DNA of 64,000 nt from the NCBI GenBank assembly GCA_951406725.2, contig OX597821.1:34472001-34536000 (forward strand), read 5' to 3'. Made by a program: the position numbers and the translations under genes. How positions within the stretch are numbered: position 1 is the first letter of the stretch; each line of letters opens with the position of its first letter. The stretch comes from Octopus vulgaris. Lineage: Eukaryota. Positions 53,734 through 64,000 of this stretch are shown piece after piece. The notes under the pieces are model-generated. The model saw nothing but the letters and a program-made list of their open reading frames with translations, had not been told where the DNA came from and searched no databases.

Positions 53734-54113
53734 CTGTGTGTTGGTTTGTTTATGTCCCTTTAGCTTTGTGGTTTGGTAAAAGTGATCAATAGAATAAACT
53801 CCAGATTTAACAATGATTTGTTTTACTAAACCCTTCAAGGTGGTACCCTAGCATTGCTGTTGTCCAATGACTGAAACAAAATATGTGACTTAGAAGTAGT
53901 GAAGAATTATAAATCTGAAATAAAGAAAAACATGGAATTGTAATTAGAAGGGTTTTATATAACTTTTCCACATGTCAGTAAAACAGTTTATCTCTGTAAC
54001 AAGCTTATCAACAGCCATGAAATGTAGATATATGAGGTTTTAATTTTGACATGAAGGATAAAAACAGAAAATGCGCACTGTATTTTCCAGCGTACTAGTG
54101 GAATTTTTCAGAC

Positions 54114-54575
54114 TGTAGTGACACTACTGTGTAAGTTTCAGCACGCATGCACAGAATTGGATTACTTCCGGTTGGCCACCAGAAGTTTTCATCATGCGCA
54201 TGCGCAGGAACTGCAACCTGAGAGCGGCCCCGTTAAAATCGGTCTTTTTGGAAGAGCAGCGCTAGCGAGCGGACATGGCTAAGACCTCTCTCGAGGAAAA
54301 CCCTATGCACAGAGAAGCTCTCTCTTCGAAGTAGGAATGAACACCGTATCTTCTTGGCTCACCCGAGTGAACATTTGTGTAAACAGTCCTGTGGATTTAG
54401 CTGCTGGTTTGCCCTTAAGAAATATATATGTATATATTTCACCTGTGAACCCGAAGAATAAACTACTATTTATTATTGAAGACAGCCGGATTTTGGGTTC
54501 CTTTTCTTCGACTTGTATGTGACAAGATAAGACCAGACACCCACTCCAGTGTTCCTGAACTCTCATCTTGTTACA
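54114..54575 (+). mobile_element. Solo LTR (Ty3/Gypsy-like), CpG-rich
   Basis: TGTAG...TTACA termini, 4-bp TSD agac, AATAAA ~54456. Confidence 0.82.
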
Positions 54576-56524
54576 AGACCATAATTTACTGTCAAAAAAA
54601 GTTAGGTCAATTTATACACCAAGATGACTTAGGAGGACCAAAACTTCCTTGTGAAATGCAACAAGATTTGGAAAGATAGTGATGACGTTTGAATATTGAC
54701 ACTACTTACTATGTTGACTTTTATCTCAAAATACGGTATGTTGGATATACTTGAAAAATGTGAATATCTTGTTTCTGTGAGTTTATATTGTTGCAGTTAT
54801 TTGTTGCGACTAATTAGTACTTTCACCGTGCTGATCAGTCCACTATTATCTAGTACTGTTTGGGGGCTACATTGACTGGGACCACCACTCTAGACTGCAC
54901 ATCTTCCAACTGCTGCAAATAACTGTTGGTTGGAAACTCCTTTCCTTTTAAGCCATTCTTGTAAAGCCCTGTTGAGCCTACCTACCTCAGCAACCAAAGG
55001 TGCGGTACCAGATTGCAGCGTTTTAGTCAATGCAACAAAAAGTTCCAGTAGTCATAGTGCTGCTGGCTGTGATCTTGGCAGAAATAGTCACAACTTATTA
55101 AGTAGCAATTGGCACCTTACCAACCATAAAATTATCAATTTGGATACAGCTTTTACCAGCACCTCGGATACTGCTATACAGTACTGTGACCAGCTTGACA
55201 AACATGCTGCCTATTAGAACTGCAGTCAATTCACTCAGGAACTACCATGAACTCATCAGATTTTCTTTTATCAACATCTGAGATTATTGGCCTTTCCCTG
55301 ACCAACAATTTCCACCAGTGGTGCTAAACTTTTCTACCACCTTGTTTACTTTCTTGCTCACAGATTCTCTCTTTATAGACATTTATTTGTATATATTCAA
55401 CAGTGCTACCTTAGCACGACTTGATCTGGGATAGGATTAATGTTATGATTAGGGTCAGAGTTAAGAGTTAGGGTTAGAGATTAGGATAGACCACATACTA
55501 AAGTGGTACCCTATATTCACTCCTTTTCACTATATTTGTAACATTTATCTTTTTAGGATGTCGGTAGCATGCTTCCTTTTTTTGTTATTTTTCTTGTAAA
55601 AAAAAAAGATGAAGCCTCATATTCTATACACATTTTATAGTGGTTGATATAATTTGCCAAAACTAAATAAATTTATTGACCAGACATGAATATGAATTGA
55701 TTAAGCAGCATTTGCTCTGTTGCAAGAAAAATGTATCATGCCACATTTTTGTTTCAGTCTGGTTGAATTTACAATCCTTCACAAGTCATTTTTACCCTGC
55801 AGCCACTAACTTCAAAAGAAGTTATGAAAATGCATAAGCACTCGCTCTATTGACAAAACAAGGAAATACATAAGATGTCATGTCTGATTGGAGACATTCT
55901 AACTTTGACTACACTATCTTTTTTCCTAGTTCCCAGGAACACTTCAGCCATGTAATTTCTCTTTTTAAGGAAGTACATGTAGGATCTGATTTGACTAAGA
56001 TTTGGTTCTATTTCTAACAGGTAAATTGGTAGCTTCCTCAGATTAAGCCCTACTTCTAGCAAACTGAGCATAAGACAAACCAAACACTTTGTAATATTTC
56101 TTTTGGCTTTTGCTGCTCAGAATTTAGATCTGGCGGGGATAAACTTTGCTGTCCATCATTCAGGGCAATGAATTGGCACAAATGTTTGCTGAGATACCTT
56201 ACAGCGTTTGTTCTGGCTCTTAGCATTCTTGCCTGGTTTTAGCACCAATACCTGGTCCTGAGCAGGGTTTCCTCAAGACAAGTGCAACCTTTTTTGAGAT
56301 ATGGGCCACTTGAGACATAGCTCATTATCAAGCAGGTTGCACTACTAAAAATACCCAAGATGATTTTTCATGGGATGTGCCATTGAGAAAATGCCACAGG
56401 CTGCAGTTTAGCTGTGACTGGCTTACACAGTTGTAGGTATTTGGTTTGGGGTTACCTCCCACCTCTCTGCATAACAGCCTCAGGGGACTTTAAAAAAAGG
56501 TATTGTGAATGCTGTTCTTTCGTA

Positions 56525-57025
56525 TCATCATCATCATCATCATCGTTTAACGTCCGTTTTCCGTGCTAGCACGGGTTGGACGGTTCGACCAGGGTCTGGG
56601 AAGCCAGGAGGCTGCACCAGGCCCAGTCTGATCTGGTGGTGTTTCTACAGCTGGATGCCCTTCCTAACGCCAACCACTCCGTGAGTGTAGTGGGTGCTTT
56701 TTACGTGCCACCGGCACAGGTGCCAGGGGTGTCTGGTAGTGGCCACGATCATTTGGTGCTTTTTTACGTGCCACCAGCATGGAAGCCAGTCAAGGCAGTG
56801 CTGGCATCGGCCACGTTCGGATGGTGCTTTTTACATGCCACCAGCACAGAAGCCAGTCAAGGCGACGCTGGCATCGGCCACGTTCGGATAGTGCTTTTTA
56901 CGTGCCACCAGCACAGAAGCCAGTCAAGGCAGCGCTGGCATCTGTCACGTTCGGATGATGCTTTTTACGTGCCACCGACACAGGTATCACAACTACTATT
57001 TGCATTGATATTTATTTCGATGTTC
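56525..57025 (-). mobile_element. RTE 3' UTR fragment with ~60-bp tandem units
   Basis: Same tail as 44659; repeated ggtgctttttacgtgccacc(a/g)gcac units. Confidence 0.9.
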
Positions 57026-57329
57026 ATGTATGTGAATAGTAAAGATTAAAGATCAAGGGAGCTCATGGAGTTTCCTTTGTTGCTCAAAATTGTGGAGTAT
57101 ATGCTTGAGGTTAACTTTATTAGTCAGTATAGCATGCATAGGACGAGCAGTTGAGCATCTGGTAGACAACAACACAAAACCAATAACAAGAAGTATGAAA
57201 ATGGATGAAAGGAATTTAGAAGAATGAAAATGGATGAAAATTTAAAAAGAAGGGGGGAAAAAAAAACAAATAACTTTAGTGGTGATTGATTATTGCTAAA
57301 CAAGTAGTCAGTGCTGTGACAAGCTAATA

Positions 57330-57545
57330 ATCCTTTCTAGTTAAGGCACAAGGCCTGAAATTTAGGGGAAGGGGATGAGCCGATTACATCAACCCTAGTG
57401 TGTAACTGGTACTTAATTTATCAACCCCGAAAGGATGAAAGGCAAAGTCAACTCCGGCAGCATTCGAGCTCAGAACATGAGGACAGTTGAAATACCGCTT
57501 AGCGTTTCGCTCCACATACTAATGTTTCCGCCAGCTCACCGCCTT
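57330..57545 (-). mobile_element. SINE family A variant
   Basis: Homology. Confidence 0.85.
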
Positions 57546-58044
57546 TGTAAGAAGCCAATAATGCAGCATCCAATAATGGAGCTTGGGAACTTTTTCATTT
57601 TTGGTAAGCAGGGCAGGGAATCACAAGTTTTTCTGCACTTTGACTCCAGTTGTACCATTAAGTACACAAGAATGTGTAGAGCCACGTCTGCTCTGAGAGA
57701 AATGACCATCACATTATTTAAAAAATTAATAATGAATTAACTAGATGGTTATAATACTTAGGATACCTCTATGGTGTATTGGAAGCAACCTCTTCTTAGT
57801 AAATAGAGAGTTAGAGGCTTAAGTAATTTTGTTTCCTGTTTTTCGTATGATTTAAGGGAGAACTTCATCAGTGAGTAGACCCTATTGTAGAAATCAGATT
57901 ATCCACTTAAAACTGTGGAAAGCAGTTTTATATAAGAATCTGTTGTTTGTTGGCAAAAATGTCATGTTTGAAACTACTTTTTGTTGAGATATGTCAAGTT
58001 TATTGAGGCAACATGACTTGCAGAAAATACCAATTCTATTCTTC

Positions 58045-58346
58045 AGTGCCGGTGGCACATAAGAGGACCATCCGAACGTGGCCGTTGCCAGCACCGCCCC
58101 GACTGGCCTCCGTGCCGGTGGCACGTAAAAAGCACTATCTGATCGTGGCACGTAAAAAGCACTATCTGATCTTGGCCGTACCCAGCCTCGTCTGGCACGT
58201 AAAAGGCACCCACTACACTCATGGAGTGGTTGGCGTTAGGAAGGGCATCCAGCTGTAGAAACACTGCCAGATCAGACTGGGCCTGGTGCAGCCTTCTGGC
58301 TTCCCAGACCCCAGTTGAACCGTCCAACCCATGCTAGCATGGAAAG
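58045..58346 (+). mobile_element. RTE 3' UTR fragment
   Basis: ttggcgttaggaagggcatccagc...ggacgttaaatgatgatg. Confidence 0.9.
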
Positions 58347-58800
58347 TGGACGTTAAATGATGATGATTTTTTGGTAGATATTTAGCACCATTACTGGAAT
58401 AACCATGAAATTTAATTTCACTGTTAAAGGGATAAATTTTGATGAGGGCGAAATTTTCCATGGGACTGAGGATTTCCACATCCTGACGTTTGACTTATTA
58501 GAAATAGCAACAAAGTTACTCATGTCACACCTCACCATCTTCAGAAAAAGAAGGAAAGGACATATCTAGATGATAGTTTCAAATTTTGGCACAGGGCCAG
58601 CAGTTTTTGGGGAGAAGGGGCAAATCCTTTAACAGCAACCCTAGTACTTGAATAATATTTATTTTTATCGACCCCAACAGAATGAAAGGCAAGATTGAAC
58701 TCGTTGGAATTTTGAACTCAGAACATAAAGACGGACGAAATGTCACTAAGCATTTTGTCCGATGTGCTTGCTGCCTTTAGTACATATTTAAATAATGCAA

Positions 58801-59232
58801 GGACCTTTTCGGTTTGAACGGCAGTTTTTTCTAGCGGTGTCATATGAAATTGTCACCCATAATTATAACCCTAGTATCGATCTATTGCATTTCAATCTGT
58901 TTTAGGGTTAGGGTTAGTTAGGTTAGGGGTGGGGGGAAGGGTATCTTTTTTTTCTTCACAAATGTAAATAAACCCAATCTGTTTCTTAAACGAGGGACAT
59001 ATTCATACGACACAGAATGTTTTTTTTTACCTCAATAGACGTCAGTGATTGGTTGAAATTGCTGAAATTGAAGAAAAAAAAAACAACAGATATCTTACAA
59101 ACTATAGAATTTTCTCAATAAAGCCAAGAGAAAAAGATGTTTTATAAACACATTCTACCAATATACGAAGTTTAAAATTTTTTAGTTACCTAGAAATTAG
59201 GTTAAAAACTGCCGTTCAAACCGAAAAGATCC
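58801..59232. mobile_element. MITE family G with TTAGGG repeats
   Basis: TIRs match the other copies; no TSD recognisable here. Confidence 0.88.
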
Positions 59233-59477
59233 CATACTTGGACTATTTACGATCATAGGGCTACTCGCTCAAAGTTGACTTGGGGACTTAACAACGACGA
59301 CCCACGATAGAGTACTAAGATAATCTTAGCACAAGGCTGCGGTTGTGTTAATTGAAATGAAGCCGTTACATAGCTGTTGGTAAGTTTATTGACTACGCTG
59401 AGGAATCGAACTGATAATGTGAAGAGCTGAAATGAAATGCTGAAAGGTATTGAGTTCATTATTAACTGTTCTCCTCC

Positions 59478-59631
59478 TCCAACTAGGCAGCCTCCATGTG
59501 ATTTACTTTATCTGCAAGAAATTGCAGTCACAGTTTCCTTTACATCAAAGACTACTCCTCTGAGAAAGGAAGGACACATGAAGTAAACATGAGGCAGATA
59601 ATTAAAGCTGAATGAAGCTAAACAACTACAA
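59478..59631 (+). mobile_element. Family J repeat copy
   Basis: gcagcctccatgtg...ctgcaagaaattgcag...gctaaacaactacaa. Confidence 0.6.
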
Positions 59632-59699
59632 GTGCATAGATGTCATGATGCCTCTGTTCCACACGTATGTTGTGTGACAGACTGTGTGCGTGTGTGTGT

Positions 59700-60105
59700 A
59701 TGAGAGAGGGAGAGAAAGATAGATAGCTAGATAGAGAGAGAGTGACAGTGGGAGAGAAAGAAAGATAGATAGAAAGAGAAAGATAGCTAGCTAGATAGAG
59801 AGAGTGGGAGAGAAAGAAAGATAGATAGAAAAATAGACAGATAAATAGAGAGATAGAGAGAAAAATAGATAGATAAATAGAGAGAGAGACAGAGAGAGTG
59901 GGAGAGAAAGAAAGATAGATAGAAAGAGAGAAAGATAGAGAGAAAAATAGATAGATAAATAGAGAGAGAGTGGGAGAGAAAGAAAGATAGATAGAAAGAG
60001 AGAGAAAGATAAATAGAGAGAAAAATAGATAGATAAATAGACAGAGAGAAAGAAAGATAGATAGAAAGAGAGAAAAATAGATAAATAGAGAGAGAGAGAG
60101 AGAAG
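59700..60105. repeat. Purine-rich (GA)/(GATA) satellite with higher-order units
   Basis: Direct inspection. Confidence 0.95.
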
Positions 60106-60517
60106 GGAAGAACAGAAGTTCCCCATGAGATAATTAAATTAGAAATTTGACGAACCTAAACTAAACATGATTCTTATCGAAAACAAAATAATAAAAATAC
60201 ATGAATTAAAAAAAAAAAAATAACCATTCTCTTCTATATAACTTTTGACATTTTCCTCATCTGTATGAAGCAAAGAATATATAGATTTAAGAATGTAATA
60301 ATAATTGAAGGAAAAGACTACTAATACAGTAACAATCGCTTATTGTCGCGGGCTGAGACGGAACCTTTTTGATAACAATAACCGGCTGGTGACATTAAGC
60401 GGAAAATATAACAATAGCTCGAACTTTTTGGGGGACTCACTGATTTTGCATTTGATAAAAACTCGCGATTGTAGTGAGTGAGTTCCATTGCGTAATGTGT
60501 GTGTGTATATAACATAA

Positions 60518-60924
60518 ATACATACATACATATATGCATACATACATACATACATACATCATACATACATACATACGCACATACATACATACATACATAC
60601 ATCATACATACATACATACATACATACATACATACATACATACATACATACATACGCACATACATACATACATACATCATACATACATACATACATACAT
60701 ACATACATACATACATACATCCATACATACATACATACATCCATCCATCCATACATACATACATACATACATACATACATCATACATACATACATACATA
60801 CATACATCCATACATACATACATACATACATACATACATCCATACATACATACATACATCCATACATACATACATACATACATACATACATACATACATA
60901 CATACATACATACATACATACATA
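60518..60924. repeat. (CATA)n microsatellite
   Basis: Direct inspection. Confidence 0.95.
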
Positions 60925-61191
60925 CGTGTGTGTGTAATTGTTTTTTTAGTTAATAAGTACTGGAGTATATTTTATAAAAACATAATAAAGCAAGATTTAG
61001 GCTGGGAAAACTAAATGTACTCATACGGTTTACAAGGAATATTATTATTCTTAACGGAAGAAAAAAAAATATTCAACTGAAAGAACACATCTTTTAATAA
61101 CAGAATAAGATAAAAGAAGAGAGAGATAAACAAATGGAAAAATAATACAAGCCACAAAAAGAAAAAAAAGGTCAAAGACCCAGAATTCCAT

Positions 61192-61232
<41 letters not shown>

Positions 61233-61384
61233 ATGCACACCATATCACACGTACGCACACATATTACACAGACACGCACATACACACCATATCACTCGCA
61301 CGCACGCACGCACACACACACCGTATACAAACACAAGCACGCATATACACACGCATACATCGTATTATACGGATACAGACACAC

Positions 61385-61661
61385 ACTCGTTGCGCGCGCG
61401 CACACCGTGTTTTCCAAAGACTGCGCTTGTTTTTAGGTGCAGCCTTAAGAATAAAACAGTTGCAATAACAGACACGAGCGATTTTGAATGTGATTTTTGG
61501 AAATACAGAGTGTGTGTATGTGTGCGTGTCAAGCCTTGTTATTTCTCCAGTGAAAAATACCATTTCGGATTTATATATATATACACATATATACATATAT
61601 ACATAATTAAATAACCGAGGTTAATTAATAGCAGACCGCCTTTTTTCTCACTTTGGTAAGT
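61385..61661 (+). promoter_or_regulatory. Candidate CpG-rich promoter / non-coding first exon ending at a G|GTAAGT donor
   Basis: tgcgcgcgcgca and retained CpGs in a zone without young SINEs; consensus donor tttg|gtaagt at ~61655. Confidence 0.3.
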
Positions 61662-61706
61662 TGTCGATTTCATATTGTTTTAATTGAAATAGCATTGTTA
61701 TTGTTG

Positions 61707-61741
<35 letters not shown>

Positions 61742-62342
61742 GTTGTTGTTATTATTATTGTTATTATTATTATTATTATTGTTGTTGTCGTTGTTGTTGT
61801 TGTTGTTATTTCTATAAGCCTTATCCTCTGTCCACAACAAGGAACTGAGTGAGTGCGTGTATTTTGATATTTCTGTCTATTTCTTTGAGATTAATATTTA
61901 TTTATCTGTCTCTGTCTCTCTCTCTCTCTCTTTGAGATTGGTTTTTGTCTGCTACTGTGGTATGTGTTTTTTGTTGTTTTTTTTTTACTTCTGTGCCTGT
62001 GCGTGTATAATAATAATAATAATAATAATAATGATGATAATAATAATAATAATAATGATGATCATGATGATGATTTCGGTACTTGTTTTATTTTTTTGTT
62101 AGTTTTCGTGCGAGTGTTTGGATGGAATCTTAGAATGCGTATATAGATAGATAGATGTCATTGTGCCTACCTATACCTCTGTATGTGTGTATATGTATTT
62201 GTTATGTTATTGTATGCCTGTATATATATCTGTGTATATGTGTGTGTGTGCATACATATTATATATATATATATATATATATCTACTAGTATGTATGTAT
62301 CTATGTTATTGTCATTGTGTATATATATACACACGTATTGTC

Positions 62343-62379
<37 letters not shown>

Positions 62380-62463
62380 TAGTATGTATGTATATATGTT
62401 ATTGTCATTGTGTATATATATACACGTATTGTCATTGTATATGTATATTGTCATTATATATTG

Positions 62464-62496
<33 letters not shown>

Positions 62497-62516
62497 ATAT
62501 ATATATATACATACAC

Positions 62517-62560
<44 letters not shown>

Positions 62561-62589
62561 TAGTGTGTATGTATCTTTGTTATTGTGTC

Positions 62590-62623
<34 letters not shown>

Positions 62624-63103
62624 TTGTGTGGCAGTGTGTAAAGAATTTTACGAGAATCTTTGTCTGGTTTGAGCGCATTGTCGTATGGCAGCGAATATTA
62701 TTATATGTAAGGATTTTTATGTCTGGCTTGGCGGATATTGGGAGAAAGAGAAAGAGCGAAAACATGTTATATGTGTGTGTGTGTGTGAACAAATACAGTT
62801 TATATCGCACTGGAGATTACCATAATTACAACAACAACAACGACAATAATACACACAGATATCAAAGAGGGAAAGACATGGTTAATATTTGGATTTCAGA
62901 TTATTCCTGAAATTTCATGTCTTAAATCCTTACGAAAAACACTTAACTATTGCCATTGTCAGATGTGTGCTGGTAGTTTATTATTTCCATATTGAGGGCT
63001 TCTCTCTATTTGTACAGTGTGTGTGTGTTTGTGTTTGTGTTCATCTTATGTATCTATCGGTAGATTGATGTGTGTGTGTGTTTATAGATGTATAAGCGCG
63101 CCC

Positions 63104-63104
<1 letters not shown>

Positions 63105-63138
<34 letters not shown>

Positions 63139-63240
63139 GTATAAATTTGTGTGTATATATATATCCCTAAGCGAGTGTGTATATGTATGTATATATATAT
63201 GTATGTATATATGTATATATATGTATATACACACACACAC

Positions 63241-63279
<39 letters not shown>

Positions 63280-63381
63280 GTATAAATTTGTGTGTATATA
63301 TATATCCCTAAGCGAGTGTGTATATGTATGTATATATATATGTATGTATATATGTATATATATGTATATACACACACACAC

Positions 63382-63430
<49 letters not shown>

Positions 63431-63548
63431 TGTACAGATGTATATAAATATATACAAACATCTGTACAGATGTATATAAATATATACACGCATCTGTACA
63501 GATACAGATGTATATGTATATACACACACATATATATATATATACACT

Positions 63549-63632
<84 letters not shown>

Positions 63633-63694
63633 CGTGTTTGTGTGTATATATGTATAAGCGTGTGTGTGTATGTGTATATCTGTGCATAGGCGTG

Positions 63695-63730
<36 letters not shown>
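63105..63730. repeat. (TA)/(CA) microsatellite field with a ~140-bp tandem duplication
   Basis: aatgtataaatttgtgtgtatatatatatccctaagcgagtgtg occurs at ~63136 and ~63277. Confidence 0.9.
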
Positions 63731-63733
<3 letters not shown>

Positions 63734-63968
63734 AGGGCGTTTAGCAAAATCTTTCTAGAATGATCTCTTGTATGATAATAGAATTTACAATTTTTCACCC
63801 TTTCTCTCCCTCCCCCCCAAAACACCAACAGAAATATCCACTATAAATAATTTTAAAACTAATTCAAAAACTGTGTACATGTGTCAGGAGTGTCAACTCA
63901 GACACAGACGAACTCAATAATACAAATAATGTGAGTGATGCTGTAGTATTTTTTATCTTGAGTCGCGA

Positions 63969-64000
<32 letters not shown>

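Noticed and set aside
54276-54566. Host gene start or 87-aa minus-strand ORF near the NRF1 motif
   Set aside because: Lies wholly within the solo LTR bounded by a TSD
56690-56985. CRISPR-like regularly spaced repeats
   Set aside because: The spacers are homologous to each other; these are tandem units of the RTE 3' UTR
60321-63828. ORFs up to 248 aa rich in Y/I/C/V/H/T
   Set aside because: Translations of (TA), (CA) and (CATA) repeats

Overview
Repeat-saturated, AT-rich eukaryotic genomic DNA with no recognisable host protein-coding gene, so probably intronic or intergenic. The repeat repertoire and microsatellite load suggest an octopus/coleoid cephalopod (inference). It holds at least five tRNA-headed SINE families in many copies, RTE LINE fragments (one 1.35-kb 3' part with an open ORF), an R4/Dong-like fragment, a Helitron 3' end and two solo LTRs with 4-bp TSDs. 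DNA-transposon derivatives include mariner-, piggyBac- and hAT-type MITEs and a GG-ended MITE with 8-bp TSDs that carries TTAGGG repeats. Nearly all ORFs in the track are microsatellite or SINE artefacts. The most interesting signals are an old ~210-bp repeat family whose 5' end can be drawn as an HDV/CPEB3-like ribozyme, two Penelope-type hammerhead candidates, the telomeric-repeat MITE, and a CpG-retaining zone free of young SINEs at 59.2-64 kb that may hold a promoter/first exon. All calls were made by eye; boundaries without a TSD are approximate.
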